The notes under the pieces are model-generated. The model was not told the DNA's origin, did no database searches, and saw nothing but the letters and a program-made list of their open reading frames with translations. A program made the translations under genes and the position numbers. Below, piece by piece: positions 11,302 through 24,663 of a stretch of 64,000 bases of DNA (position 1 is the stretch's first letter; every line of letters begins with the position of its first letter). This DNA comes from Selaginella moellendorffii. Taxonomy: Eukaryota; Plantae; Lycopodiophyta. Where the stretch lies: assembly GCF_000143415.4 (NCBI RefSeq), contig NW_003314261.1, positions 1,874,117 through 1,938,116 on the forward strand, written 5' to 3'.

Positions 11302-14300
11302 TGTTAAGACCCCCAACAAGATCAAGATTGGAAAATGCAAAAGACAAAAAGAAAAGCTAGTGGAAACAAAGAAAAAGCCTTAGACTGGTGTTGATTCAGA
11401 TTGTGGAGAAATGGAACAAAGCTAACCTATATATACTATAGGTTGATGAAGCTCCACCACTCTTAGATCAAGGACGGCCTAAATATAGCTGAGGTCGAGG
11501 AGGCGCCACATCATCATCAGGAATCTGGTTCGAGACTCAAGAATCGTACAGGAAATCAGAGAGTCAGAAATAGGGAAGTGTCTCGAAAGTCAGGAATAGG
11601 GAAGTGTCTCGAGAGTTAGGAATAGAGAAGTGTTTCGAGAGTCAGGAATGTGGTCTGCAGGTCAGGAATCCGGTGAGAGTCAGGAATGTGGCAAGAATTG
11701 GGGGATTCCTGACAACACCCCCTCCTCAAGAACGAGAGGAACAAGGACGTGAACGTGAATGAAGAGGAGGATGAGATGAGCGGCAAGGGATGGGAGATGG
11801 AGAAAAAGAATGGGGATTGGGATGAGAAGGATAGTGGCGGTGGAAGTCCTGAACAAGGTCAGGAGAATGAATCAGGTTGTCCGTAGGTTCCCAAGTGCGT
11901 TCCTCAGGTCTATAACCCTTCCAATCGACTAGATAGTAGAGTTTAGATCGTGAAATCTTGGAATCAAGGATGTCCTGAACCTCGTACTCAGACCCATCCT
12001 CGAGCTACACTCGTGGAGGCGGAGGAATGACCCGATTTGGAATAGGACTGGGAATATAAGGCTCAAGGAGAGAGGAGTGAAAAACGGGGTGAATTCGATA
12101 TGAGGAAGGAAGTGCAAGGCGATAAGTGACAGGATTAATGATGGCAGTGATAGGGAATGGACCAAGGCGTTTGAAATCGAGTTTTGGACAGGGCCTGGTG
12201 GTGGAGATATTTCTCCTGAGGAGCCAGACTTTATCCCCGATATTGTAAGGGGGACAATCCTGACGATGGATACTGGCAAATGTTTTGTGAGATTCCTGAG
12301 CACAATGGAGATGGAAGGAGATGGAGTTGTGGATTTCCTGGAGGTTGGAGACAAATGCCTCAGAGCGGGGATTTGAACAAGAGGAGTCGGATGGAGAAGG
12401 AAGTGAGAGATTAAATTAAGGATTTCGATCAGAGTTCGCAAAGACGGGGGAAACTCGAAAAGAGGAGTGAATAGAGTTGTTATAGGAGAACTCAGCAAGG
12501 GGAAGGATATCGAACCAGTTATCCTGATGATAGTTGATGAAGCACCTCAAGAATTGTTCCAATGTCTGAATCATTCGCTCGGACTGTCCATCAGTTTGAG
12601 GATGATACGCTGAGGAGAGGTTGGCCTTCACTCCTAGCAGTTGCAAAAACCATTGCCAGAAATGAGAGATAAACTGAGGTCCCCGATCCGAAACCACATC
12701 TGCAGGAATCCCATGAAGTCGGAAAATTTCCCTGAATACCAGTTTTGCCATGTCCTTGCCCGAAAACTCCTTGGTACATGGCAGGAAGTGCGCCATCTTT
12801 GTGAAGCGATCCACCACAACTAAAATGCTGTTGAAGCCTCTAGAACTTGGAAGATCACTCAGGAAATCCATGGAGATGGATTCCCAAGGACCTGAAGGGA
12901 CCGGGAGGGATCGAAGCAAACCTAAAGGAAGGTGGCAAGGTACCTTATTCCAAGCGCAAGTGTCACAGGAGGTAACAAAGGCTTTGATGTAGTCATCCAT
13001 GTGACGCCACCAAAAATCCCGTGCAACCAGCTCATGGGTTTTGGCAATGCCGAAGTGACCAGCAGTCGGGCTATCGTGGCACGCCATCAGAACCAACCTT
13101 CGAGCATCACCTTCAGGAACGTAAAGCTGCTCCCCACGGTACAATAAGCCATCTAAGAACTCGAACTCGTCAAATCTCCGGCAGTCGGGAGTCACTGGGT
13201 GTCCAGCCTGAAGATGGGGGAAAATGTCATTGGCGAGATCATCGGATTGAAGATCGTTTCTGATCGCATCCATCAAGGAGGAGTCCTGAGGGGCCAGGGA
13301 AATTGCCATAACTTGAAGCCGATCAGGACCGAGGATAACTTGATCCTGTTGATCGAAGGCAGGATTACCAGGCCTGAGACTGAGATAGGAGCGCCTTGAA
13401 AGAGCATCAAGAAGGCCTTGAAGCTTTCCAGGTCTATACTTGATAACAAAGTCAAACCGACTCAGGAATTGTGCCCACCTTGCTTGACGACGGCTCAAAA
13501 CTCGGGAAGTGGCAAGGTACTCGAGATTTTTGTGATCCATCCAGACCGTTGTTTGATGGCCTGCCCCCTCCAAGAAACGACGCCACACTCCAAAGGAATC
13601 CACAATAGCAAGGAGCTCCTTGTCGTGGATTTCGTAATTGATCTCCGCCAGCTGGAATTTCCAAGAATGGAAAGCGACCGGATGAAGTTCTTGATCCGCT
13701 CCGAGTTGAGATAGCACAGCACCAATGGCAAAGTCGGAGGCGTCAGCCTTGATGAAGAAATGTTGTGAGGGATCAACGTGGATCAAGACGGGAGCAGAAC
13801 TGAAGGCCGCCTTGAGTGTGTCGAAGGCCTGCTGGGCAGCAGCAGACCAAGAGAAGGGAACATCCTTGTGAGTGAGATGCGTGAGAGGAAGGACAATGTC
13901 AGAGTAGTGATCAATGAATTTGCAATAGAAGTTGGCGAAGCCAAGGAAAACCTGAACGTCTGACATTGATTGGGGAAGCTCCCATTCGAGAATAGTCTTG
14001 ACTTTGGCAGGATCCATCGTGATACCCTCAGGAGTGACAATGTACCCAAGGAACTCCATAGACTGCTGATCGAAGAAACATTTCTCAAGCTTCGCGTATA
14101 GGCCGTGTTCTCGCAACTTCGCCAACACCTTACATACATGTTCGTCGTGCTCCTCCTGAGTTTTTGAGTAGATGAGGATGTCATTGAGGTAGACGATCAC
14201 CATCTGATCAAGAAACTCCCGAAAGATGTCGTTTGCCATGTGTTGAAAAACTACTGGAGCATTTGTCAAGCCAAATGGCATGACAGTGTACACGAAGCGG

Positions 14301-14686
14301 CCATAGCGGGTTCGAAACACAATCTTCCATTCATCACCAGGCCGGATCCAGATCAGGTTGTATGCTCCACAGAGGTTGATCTTGGTGAAGAAGCAGGCAC
14401 TGCCAAGGCGTTCCAACAGGTCCAAGATCAGGGGCAGCGGATAACGGTTCCGAACAGTCACCTTGTTCAAACCTCGGTAGTCGATGACTAGCCGCAAACT
14501 CCCATCCATCTTCTTGACAAAGAAGACAGGTGCTCCAGCCGGGGATTGTGAATGCTGAATGTACCCCGAGGCAAGGTTCTCATGCACGTACTTTTTGAGG
14601 GCCTGAAGCTCGGACGGGGATAACCCGTAGATAGGCCCCCACGGAGGTGACGCTCCTTCTTGTAAATCAATGGGACAGTCATAAGG
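11302..14686 (-). mobile_element. Chromovirus copy B, 3' half (3' LTR 11302-11714, PPT, RT-RH-IN-chromo)
   Basis: Near-identical to copy A; 723-aa ORF 12416-14587 (RT-RH-IN); homology stops abruptly at 14686; flanked by CAAAC at 11297-11301. Confidence 0.95.
12416..14587 (-). pseudogene. pol: pol RT/RNase H/integrase fragment of copy B
   Basis: RT motifs (YLND variant of YLDD), RNase H, HHCC zinc finger and integrase core; frameshift before the GPF/chromodomain part. Confidence 0.92.
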
Positions 14687-16793
14687 ACAATGATGAAGAA
14701 CTCTCCGAGCATTTAGCTACAATTGACAAAAAAATCAACATCATAAATAAGACAAAGGTAAGGAAATTACTTAGTGTGGCTGACCATTAATGCCCAAAGG
14801 AGTGGTTTGATATCATAATAGAGATTGCTTGTCATGAAAGTAAATATTATGTGGTTTACTTAAAGGTTACTTATAAAAGTTATTTCCTAATGGGAAAAAT
14901 TCCAAATGAGATTATTTACAATATATCAAAGTCAAAGCTTACATATGAGGAGTAGATACACATTCTGAACGACCTCAATAGCAGACTCAGAGAAAGAGAA
15001 AAAGGTTTACACAATATGATGGAGACTATGATGAAGAGGACTGTCTACATTCCATAAACTATATATGAAGGGGAAATGTTTCTAGCACATTTCATAGAGG
15101 AGGATCTTGAGCAACTTCTATTCAAGGATTTTGTCATCATTGAGCTTACAAAACTTGGAGATGACTAATTGCCAATGAAGGCTACAAACATGACTCCATT
15201 TGATAAATAACTTGGCCAACTTTATTTCATATGGAGAGCAGCTTTCAAATAACATACAATTTCTCAACTATACTCAATTTTTTTATATTCTATTATAGGT
15301 ATATTTGATATAGAGGTATTCCTCTTGAAACACTAGTATGCAATCGACTCCTGAGGTATGGTGTGAAAGATGGAGGCATGTACTAGACAACAATGAAATT
15401 TCCAATAGCAATAAAGCGAATTTATCCTTGGGAACTAAAGATGCCAAACTATGCACTAGCCCGCCAAGAGGTTGCAAGAGGCAACAATGAAGACATGCTA
15501 AATGATGAAGATGGTGGCCATAAGAATGTTGATGTTGTTGGTGTTAATGATAAGGAGAGTGAAAATGGAAATGAGAACGACTTGCAAGAAATTCCTTGGG
15601 AGGAAGTGGAGCAAAATAACCAAGACATGCAAGAAGTTCTACCATAACGAAGGTGTGTAAATCCACAACTGGAGGAATTAGTCAACAGTGATGATAATTA
15701 TCCAATATATGCCCGTAACCGAAGAACTTCTCAAGGTATATTTCTCTTAATTTCTCTTATTCTTAGTTCCTCAAAATGGTTGTAGTAAGAACTGTCAAGA
15801 GTAACTTCATTCCAGCTTGTCTTGATGCCCAAGCAGAAGATCTGGAGGAACTTACATCTACAACACACTATATAATAGTAACTAAATTTTTCTTAATTTC
15901 ATATCTTACCTTCCTCTTCTCCCCCTATATTTGCCCTATTTCTCTAGTGGCATTCCATGGTGAAGTCAGAATCTTTTATGGCTTATATAGTTCATTGATG
16001 GCATCTTTCAAGGAGGATGTTGAGAATATAGTTATATAGAAAAAGTAGAAGCACTTTTGTTAGAAGATCCATAAGCAACTGCACAAGAGCACAAACTTCA
16101 TGCTCTTTGACATGCTAAATGGTCTTTTAAATGCTAATAGTGATGTCCTAAGCTGGAACATCCTAACTAAAAACCACTTAAATGATGCATTTCTTTTGGT
16201 AGTAGTTCTCCTTCACACAACCAATTAAGTTGCCTTTATTCTCCAAAGTGACCTCAATTGGATGTCTTGCCTCATGAGGTATGCAACTCAAGTCAACTTC
16301 AAGAGCTTCTCTTTCAGGTGCATTATGGATAGTGTTGGGGTTGAGATCAAAGGCATCCTAGGCATGCCAAAAAAGGTAAGAAATCATCTTGTGTTTTGTG
16401 TTGTCTCTAAAAGTTTTATTATTCAGGTTATGATATGGACCTACCATGTGTTTTTGCAAAAGAGAACATGAGGGTTTCTATGATAACGAGTATGTTACAT
16501 AGGTTTTGCTAGGGTATGATACCTTTATTGACATCATACCAAATCTCAAAGATGATGACATTTGCAACACATTATCTGGGTATCAATTTCAATCTCCATT
16601 AATGATGCATATCCTACTTGAGCTTTATTGCCTAACTAAGGGTGTTGTCATCAATTACACAGTAGGTAGTGGTTTGATGGTCAAAGTAGCACAGGACTCT
16701 AGCAAATTGGTGTTTGCAATTGAAGAATATGAGTTCTTCAAATACCATCTTAGAGGTTTTCATCCTTCTCTCTCAATTGCTTTTAAGGGGTAA
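14687..16793 (+). pseudogene. 3' half of a decayed ParB-like/N4-N6 DNA methyltransferase-like gene
   Basis: 16506-16793 (GYDTFIDII...ILLELYCLTKGVVINYTVGSG) aligns with 48695-48961; FDMLNG...SWNIL near 16100-16165 aligns with FDLSDG...SWNIL near 48280-48340. Confidence 0.7.
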
Positions 16794-17218
16794 TTTATAA
16801 TGTTTTAAAAACTTATATGCAACACATATTTAATTTTCCTCTATATCATAAACCTCTCATACAATGAGTTTAAAAGTCTTCCTAGGTATGTATGGCATAA
16901 CATATGCAATATGAGTCTTCCCTTGAATTGAGAAAGAGTTGTATAAAAATCTGTTTATCAATGATACAGTAAAAGAGAGTTGAATGCATCCACTTGCGAT
17001 AAGAAAAGTGTGTCATTTTTCAATGTGATAATGATAGTGATAGTGACAATGTTAGTGTCAGAGATAGTTACAATATCAGTTTGTCAAAGTTTATAATGAC
17101 AAGTATGTTACCTATAATTAATACTATTTTTAAAAAAATTATGAGAGGGGGGGGGGGAGGGGTGGACAATATCATAGTGTAAGAACTATAGAATAATTTT
17201 AGTAGCTAGAACTTTAGT

Positions 17219-18400
17219 AGGGTGGCCTAAAAGTACCATATTCAGCACTTGTGGATGTAATATTTATTAATGAAATAATGTTCTTTACCATAAAGCAATA
17301 ATGGTAGTGTGTTTTTAATTCTTTCTTGATATTTTTATACATCCATATATGCCCACCTTCCACACTAGCTCTTAGACAGTTGTGACACTATTCTAGAAAA
17401 GTTTCTAGACCTATACAACCTTCTGTCTTGTTCAAATAAAAGTGGCATATGGAACACTGAAAATAATATGTGCTCATTCTTTCAAGAGTTTCAGCCATAT
17501 CTGGAGCAATATCTTAAAGAAACAGTTAGCATCACTCTTGAAACACATGAGGCAATCCATCTTTAGTAGCAATATTTAGAACATTATCTAAAAGAGGGAT
17601 CTCTTGTTCAATCACACTTGAAACAACAAAAAAAAGAGTCTCACAAAGATTATTATGTGAAGGGAAGGGTGGCATATTGGTAAAAGTTAGAGATGGAATA
17701 AAATGTATAGGGGCTAAGTGTGATTAGCAATAATTTTCTCTTTAGCCATTCTTATACTAAACAAAGTGAATTTGGAATGGTGAAAATATTCTTTATTAGT
17801 ATTTATACTAAGAAAAACTTTAGTGGCTTTTGAAATTTTAGATTATTAGTCTTGAAAATGGGACTTTAGAATTATAATAGTGTTAGAACCATTTGTATAT
17901 ATACTAATATCTTTTTACATGCTAAAATATATTCTAAAAAATATAAGATTCTCCACTTTACTCATAATGAACTAAACTTTTGAAGAAACTATGCATGACT
18001 TTCATATTAATTATGGGTGGCCTAAATATCCTATATTTAGCACTCATTGTTGTAGTGTTCACCAATAGAATATTGTTCTTCACCATAAAATCATAATAGT
18101 TATGTGTTTTTAATTCTTTCTTGATTTTCTTATACATTCATGTATGCACACCATCTAAACCCACTCTTGGGCATTTACAACAATGCTCAAGAAAATGTAC
18201 CAAACCCATGTTACCATTTGTCTTATTCAAATAAAAGTAGTATATAGAACATTGAAGATACATCAAGCACTCATGTTATATTTAGAGCAAGATCTTGAAG
18301 AACATGTTGACATCACTCTTGGAATATTGAAGGTAATCCAACTCTTTTAGCAACATTATAAGGAGAGAACTCTTGTTTAGTTACACTTGAGGTCGCAAAT
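17219..18400. repeat. Diverged tandem duplication (about 400-bp homologous blocks, period ~795 bp) with decayed coding character on the - strand
   Basis: 17219-17620 resembles 18015-18400; both translate to MYK.IKKELKTH.Y..FMVKN.I.L.N.T..SA.Y..FRPP on the - strand. Confidence 0.55.
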
Positions 18401-19664
18401 GGAAAAGCCTCACCAACACCCCTCAAAATGAAGAAGAGGATTGTTATGTAGAGGTGAAGATGTATTATTGGTTGAGCTTGGAGATAGAAGTGGAGACTCA
18501 TATAAGAGGGCTTTAGGACTAAAAGTAAATTTCTTTTGAACCATTGCAACACACAAAAAGAATTAAACTCTCCAACAATAAAAATTCTTTTATTAATATA
18601 TTTTATTTCAATTTTGAGAATGATGTTTTATTATGACATGGCAATATATTAAATCATAATTGTCAATCTCAGTAATTACAACTTACTATTAGAGACAAGT
18701 GGCTATAGGGTTCTAAAAGCTAAAAATTAGCACATAATTAATATGTAACCTTATTTTATATAGCTGGCCTACCATATATAATAATGACAAATACACGCAA
18801 ACACACGAGGACAACTTTTTGCAAGATTATCTTTCAACTTATAAACCATATATAGATTTGACTCTTTGATTTTTCTATATCATATATACTACACACTTAT
18901 ACTCAGCTTGTAAAGATATAACATATCAGATATATATAAAAAAAACTTAATTTTCTTTGTAATATTTTAGTGGATTATAAAAGCTATAAAAACCTTTATA
19001 AATTGGATTTGTTAGTGTTTTCTACTATACTATCCATTTATTTTTTTCTTTTGCTCTAGACTAGTGTTTTGGACATAACAAGAGCATTTCTATCAATAGT
19101 GGCAATAGTTTCCACATTCCCAACTGAGTAATAAGGACCAAAGGTGTAAAATGAAGATTGTGGTAATGAAACAAAATTAATATTATCACATTTTTATATG
19201 TTAGAACTACTTATAGATTTTTTATCTTATTTACTTCCCATATTTGTAAAACCTAAAGAATGAATGAGTGAATCAGTGTTTTGAATTATTTATATACTTC
19301 TGATCAATTGTTGAAATGTAAAAATATTAAAATGTTAAAATATACAACACAAATTTTAGGTTCATGCGAACTTCAATATTCCCATTTTTATTTAAGCCCA
19401 AAAAAGCTCTTTATAACTAAAACATTATGAATGAAAAAAATAAAAATTCTATGGGATTAAACAAACTTCTAATTCTAAAAACTACTCAATCAATATTTTG
19501 TTGTATAGGTCACATTAGAAATTAGAAGTTTTCTCTATAAATAAACTCAAGAAATAAAAAACTCTCTAAACCATTGGCAATTATATTCATGAATTTCATG
19601 TTTACTAAAGAATAACATTTTTCTGACATAACATTCCTTATAAAACTTATGGTTGATTATGTTG

Positions 19665-19730
19665 AGTGACATTGACTTGAACTGAATTGAGCTCAACTCA
19701 TGAGCTTAACTCAAGTTTGGACAATCCCCT
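19665..19730. repeat. Probable terminus (GAGCTCA subterminal repeats) of the decayed ParB-MTase element
   Basis: ATTGACTTGA...GAGCTCAACTCATGAGCTTAACTCAA resembles 49373-49406, the right end of the 42670-49421 element. Confidence 0.45.
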
Positions 19731-20477
19731 TTGACTTTAGAAGCACCACTTTGAAAAAACACAATCTTTAACCTCATTCCAAATAAATTTCAATCTCTTA
19801 CATTGCTCTAAGTCTGTAAATGTGGAGGTTATAAACTTGTTATTGAAGCATCAATTCCCACATAAAGCTCTCATAAAACTTTATCTAAGTTAAGAAAGAT
19901 GTGAGATCTTTATATCATTATGAAGATCACATCTTTGGATTCAATCCATAAGCTTTCATCTCATCAAAGGAAATGAGTCTTAACTTCATAAGTAAAAGCA
20001 CAAGAAATGCATATTACTTGACAAATCACTCAGCATCCCAAAAATCAAGCTTCTTAGCCATTAAAGTTTTAATGTTTTCTGCTCTCTTTTCTTTTATACA
20101 AAGAGATTTAGCTATGGTGATGGTGGTGGTAGTATTTCATCCAAGTTCATACTAATATTGTAATAAAAGAAATCAATAGAAGAAAAATAGAAAGTTATAC
20201 TATGATTAATTTAATATATTTTCTATTATTTTATATATTATTTATATCAAGGTTATATAAATAAAACTTTCATGGAATTTAAAATGAATAATTTTAAAAT
20301 TAAAATGGTTAAAAATTCATTTAAATAGTATATATTATTATATAATAAAATATAGTAATATTTTTAAATTATTATAAATTAAGCTAAAATATATTTAAAA
20401 TTAAGTGGTTTAAAAAATCTTTATTCTTAAAATTATAAATTTGTTAGCTTGTTGTAAATTTGATATAAGCCCTAAAA

Positions 20478-21353
20478 ATGATTATAGTTCTCATATTCAT
20501 TTTAGTTTCTTTAATTTCTTGTTCTAAATCTATCATTAAGTATTATGATGGTTTTGAAAAAGAAATCTCAATTGAATATAGACAATCAGTAATTATGCCT
20601 GTAATTGAGGAACTTATTAATGAAATAGGAGAACGAGAAACCTTTTTTATGGGATTTTCATATTCTAAAGTTATATATGCTAAAGAAAGTAGTCTTATTG
20701 TTGTAGTAAGTGCTTTTGATACACAGGAAAATTTTAAATTATTTCTTATTCTTTGTAGTATTGTTCCAATATTTTTTGAAATTAACACAGGGAAATTTTT
20801 AAAACATGAATTAAACCATTTTTTTAATAATTTTGTTTTACAAGATCATATAACTTATAGCTCAGTTGAATATATATATGCTCGATATTCAATATTATAT
20901 ATTGTAGACTGGAAATCAGATGAAAATTCTATTCCTTTAGATTATAATAAATATAATATTAATTTAACCAGTAAAGTAGATTGTCTCATTTATAGAACTT
21001 GTATAAGAAGTGGGACACATCATTCACACTTTGCAAGGATTAATCCCGATGAGTTTCTTCAATCTCCTAATCAAGAATATATTTTAATAATGCAGCTAAA
21101 TTGTAATTTAGTATTTTATTATAAAAATTTAATAATTTGGGAAACAAAAACTAATGGAAGAAGTGTTGGATGTTTTCTCAGATTGGATAAACTGGGTAGA
21201 TTAGTAATATATGATAAAATTTATAATGATTTATGGATTTATGATTTGAGCTGGAATGATATTTGGGCTACATTTGCATTGTGTGTTGAAAATACAGGTC
21301 ATGTGATTGTTTATAATACAAATTCACAGACTTCAAAATTAATTAAAGTATAA
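20478..21353 (+). CDS. Secreted protein with C-terminal bulb-type (B/GNA-like) lectin domain and an unrecognised N-terminal domain
   Basis: Intact 291-aa single-exon ORF in very AT-rich DNA, with a hydrophobic N-terminal signal. LQSPNQEYILIMQLNCNLVFY...IWETKTNG...CFLRLDKLGRLVIYD...LW...LCVENTGHVIVY is a three-repeat B-lectin pattern. Confidence 0.75.
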   Translation: MIIVLIFILVSLISCSKSIIKYYDGFEKEISIEYRQSVIMPVIEELINEIGERETFFMGFSYSKVIYAKESSLIVVVSAFDTQENFKLFLILCSIVPIFFEINTGKFLKHELNHFFNNFVLQDHITYSSVEYIYARYSILYIVDWKSDENSIPLDYNKYNINLTSKVDCLIYRTCIRSGTHHSHFARINPDEFLQSPNQEYILIMQLNCNLVFYYKNLIIWETKTNGRSVGCFLRLDKLGRLVIYDKIYNDLWIYDLSWNDIWATFALCVENTGHVIVYNTNSQTSKLIKV

Positions 21354-22199
21354 TTATACCTTAGAATTTCTTTTATTTTTAAAATATTTATAAAATTATA
21401 ATAAATGTCTGATAGTTTAATTCTAATTTAAATTTTAAAAATAAAAACTTTAATATTTATTAAATAATTATATTCACCAATATAAAAGTACTAAAATATT
21501 CTACTCAATCACTCTAAGGTGTCCATTCGTCATCTATTCTTTTCACTATAATTATTTTATTTCTTTAGGCTTTCTATTTTTAGAAAATATGATTTATTTA
21601 TTGCGTTATGCATTTAAAATGTTATTTGATGTATTAATAATATTCCTTTTGTGTACATGTGTAGGTTCTTAAACGTTTTATTATAATATTTTTTGTGTAT
21701 TCTCCAAGGATTTTTTATTTTATTTTATATTATATATTTTATTTTATTTATGTGGTTTTTAGCCACCAGGTTTATGGTGGAATAATAAAAATAGCTTCTA
21801 TGCATTGCATGCAACAGTGTTTTTCTTGCTTAATAGTAGAGCTTTTTATCTGTATTCAAATTGATTATTTGGATTTTTTTAATTATAAACGTTCTTTTAT
21901 TTTATTAATACAAGATGTATCTTATTCCATATAAAATAGAATATACTAGAAGGTGTTTAGAAAAAAATTTAAATTATAAATATAAAGTTAATCTAAATGA
22001 ATAAAAACCATTAGATGGTAACATATCCTACAATATCCAAGTATATTCTATGTATACTATTCAGTTTTAGCATGTCAATTACTTAATTAATCAAGGTTAA
22101 CATGATGTGGAGTTCATGGCTGATGAGAAATGGAGTAGAGTGAGTGGGAGGTGAGAAGCTCTACATAAAAGCTGTCTATGTGGCAGCCAAGTATTTACA

Positions 22200-24200
22200 A
22201 TTGGTATCATTGATATGATTACTTTAGTTTTTGATAAGTGCTTCTTGAGTGTTACATGGATCCAATGTCACAAAACCCACAGCCCTTTGGGGAATAAGAG
22301 TGGACTACAGAGAATGCAGTTTTGGAATTTTGTGCATTGAATTAGAATTTTATGGTTCTGAAAGACTATATATGGTGGCAGTTGAGTCATGAAGTAGGCT
22401 AAGATTCCAAACTTCAATAGAGGGGTTTCGGCAAATGAAGTCTCAAGTTGGTGAGGTAAAATTTTGAAGCTAATCTAGATTAAAGATTGGACAATACACA
22501 AGCACTGATCCTCATGGAAGTTGCTTTAAAAGGCAAGGCTTTATGGTGGTGGAGGTAGATGAACAACTAGTGAACAAGCATAAAGAAAGGTCCACTTACC
22601 TCCTTGGACGAGTTTGCAGCAATTTTTAGGTGGAAGTTTGTGCCACTTTACAATGTTTTGCAATGCTTGGCGTGAGCTGTAGCATTGTAGTAGAGAAAGG
22701 TGATTCAATTAATGAGTATTTTGATAAGTTTAAAATACTACTTAATTAGCCAAGTTTCAAGAGGAGGTGGAGAAGGATTACTTCCTAGATGGTTTGTGTA
22801 ATCGCAAGCTTATGAAATTTACTCACTCTTCCAATTTGTTAGATGAATTTTTCATAATAGATGCTTGAGCATTCAAGGACAAGGAGTCACAAGAGCAACA
22901 GCCTAACAACACCAAGAAGTGTCAGTGCAATAGAAGTAATTCCAAGGATGATACTTGATAAAGTGATAGTGGCAATGACAAGAATTCTTGCTTAAAATCC
23001 AGTGTGATGGGAATCTTTCCACAATGGTAATGATGGAGGTCATGACAGAAATGGTGGAGGCTATTGGAATAATGGTCAAGGATCAAAGAAACTTTGGATC
23101 ACTAAGAATGGAGTTGATGCTTCCAACATGAAGAAGATTTAAGATGTGTAGCAAATTAAGGAGGATTTGAGGTTGAGGGTAGATGATTGTGTGAGTCATC
23201 AATCAAATTTGAAGTGATGATGTTAGTGGCTTGACAACTTGATTTGCTTGGCTAGTATTTAGTGAAGATCCTGATTGACAGCAATAACTTAGACAATTTT
23301 ATTTTTTCAATGTTGGTGAAGGAATGTTAGCTGGAAACTACAAAGGGAGCTCCATACAAGATTATTAGTGTAGCATAAGATAATAATGTATGTAACTTCC
23401 CATAAAAATGGGAAAAATGGAATTTGTCAAGGATTATTTCCTAGCTGGCATGGAGAATTTGGATTTAATCCTTAGAATGACTTGACATATGCAAGTTGAT
23501 CCCAAGATTAAGTGGAGAGTCAAGTTGGATTATGGTGGAGTATATGATTTTTAATTGAAATGGATCTTCTAACCTTTATGTGCATGATATTGGCTATATC
23601 TTTAAAGTAAGTTATTCATAATAAAGAGAATGAATTTTAAGTTAAATGGACAATACTAGATGTTATTATCCATTAGATCCACTAAATTCATTAGCATTTA
23701 TAAAACATAAATCCTTAAGTCTCAAAATGGAGTTAAAGGTGTGTCATATGGCAATGATTGAAATAGAAATCTAACAAGCATAACATATTGAGACTAAAAG
23801 CTCTAACTCGAAAAGTTAAGTAAAAATAAAACCCCCAAAGAAGTGTTTGAGGAATAAACATGAAGTAATTAATAAATAAATCTCTAGAAAGGGACAAAAG
23901 AATGATTAACACTTGGTAAATATTATGACACATGAAAGTGTCAAAGCCAAAATCCTAAAACCCAAGGATGCAAAATAGAATGATATTGAAACCATTTTGC
24001 CTCACTGAGAAACAAATTGTTTAAAGTGTTAAATATATCCAAGGCTAGATATATCTAAGACAACCCAAATCAATTGTCTCTCTAACTTTGGGGTATAGCC
24101 TTCCTTAGTGGATGGATAAGTTGAGTGATTTGATGAAGTGTTCAAAAATTATTTTAGTTCATTCAGGAAATTGAATGGTCAATGCTCCCAATCCAAGTGT
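22200..24200 (+). pseudogene. Highly decayed Gypsy gag-protease remnant
   Basis: TGGTATCA (tRNA-iMet PBS-like) at 22202, then stop-riddled gag-like (LKGKALWWWR) and protease-like segments; interrupted at ~24202 by the DNA transposon. Confidence 0.5.
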
Positions 24201-24663
24201 AAGCTCTATTTCGTTAAAGTGGGAATTGTCATTATCCCACTTGTAAAATAAGGTTTCTAAACCTTTATATAGTATATAAATATAACAAAATTCAACTGCA
24301 TTGAGGCACATGCCATTTTATTTTAAACAAGGAAATGTCTACTCAATCACTTCTCCTCCCCCTGCCACTGCTTCACCTCTCTCTTCTCCTTGTCATCGTC
24401 GTCCAATTTCTTTCAATCCTTTTAATATTGGCTCAGTTGCTTCGAGTCTAGGTGGAGCCCAAGTCCCCATTCAATCTTTACTTTCCCCTTATTAATAAAA
24501 CAACTTCGTAGACTTCCAATAACATGCTGTAACACTTCTAGTATAATGCAAATCCTCTCAAAGAATTGTCTTTTAATATTAATACAATGGCATGGAACCC
24601 CATGCCATAATAAGTTACATTTTTAAATAAATACATGCCATCTCAGACTGTTATTTTTTGCCT

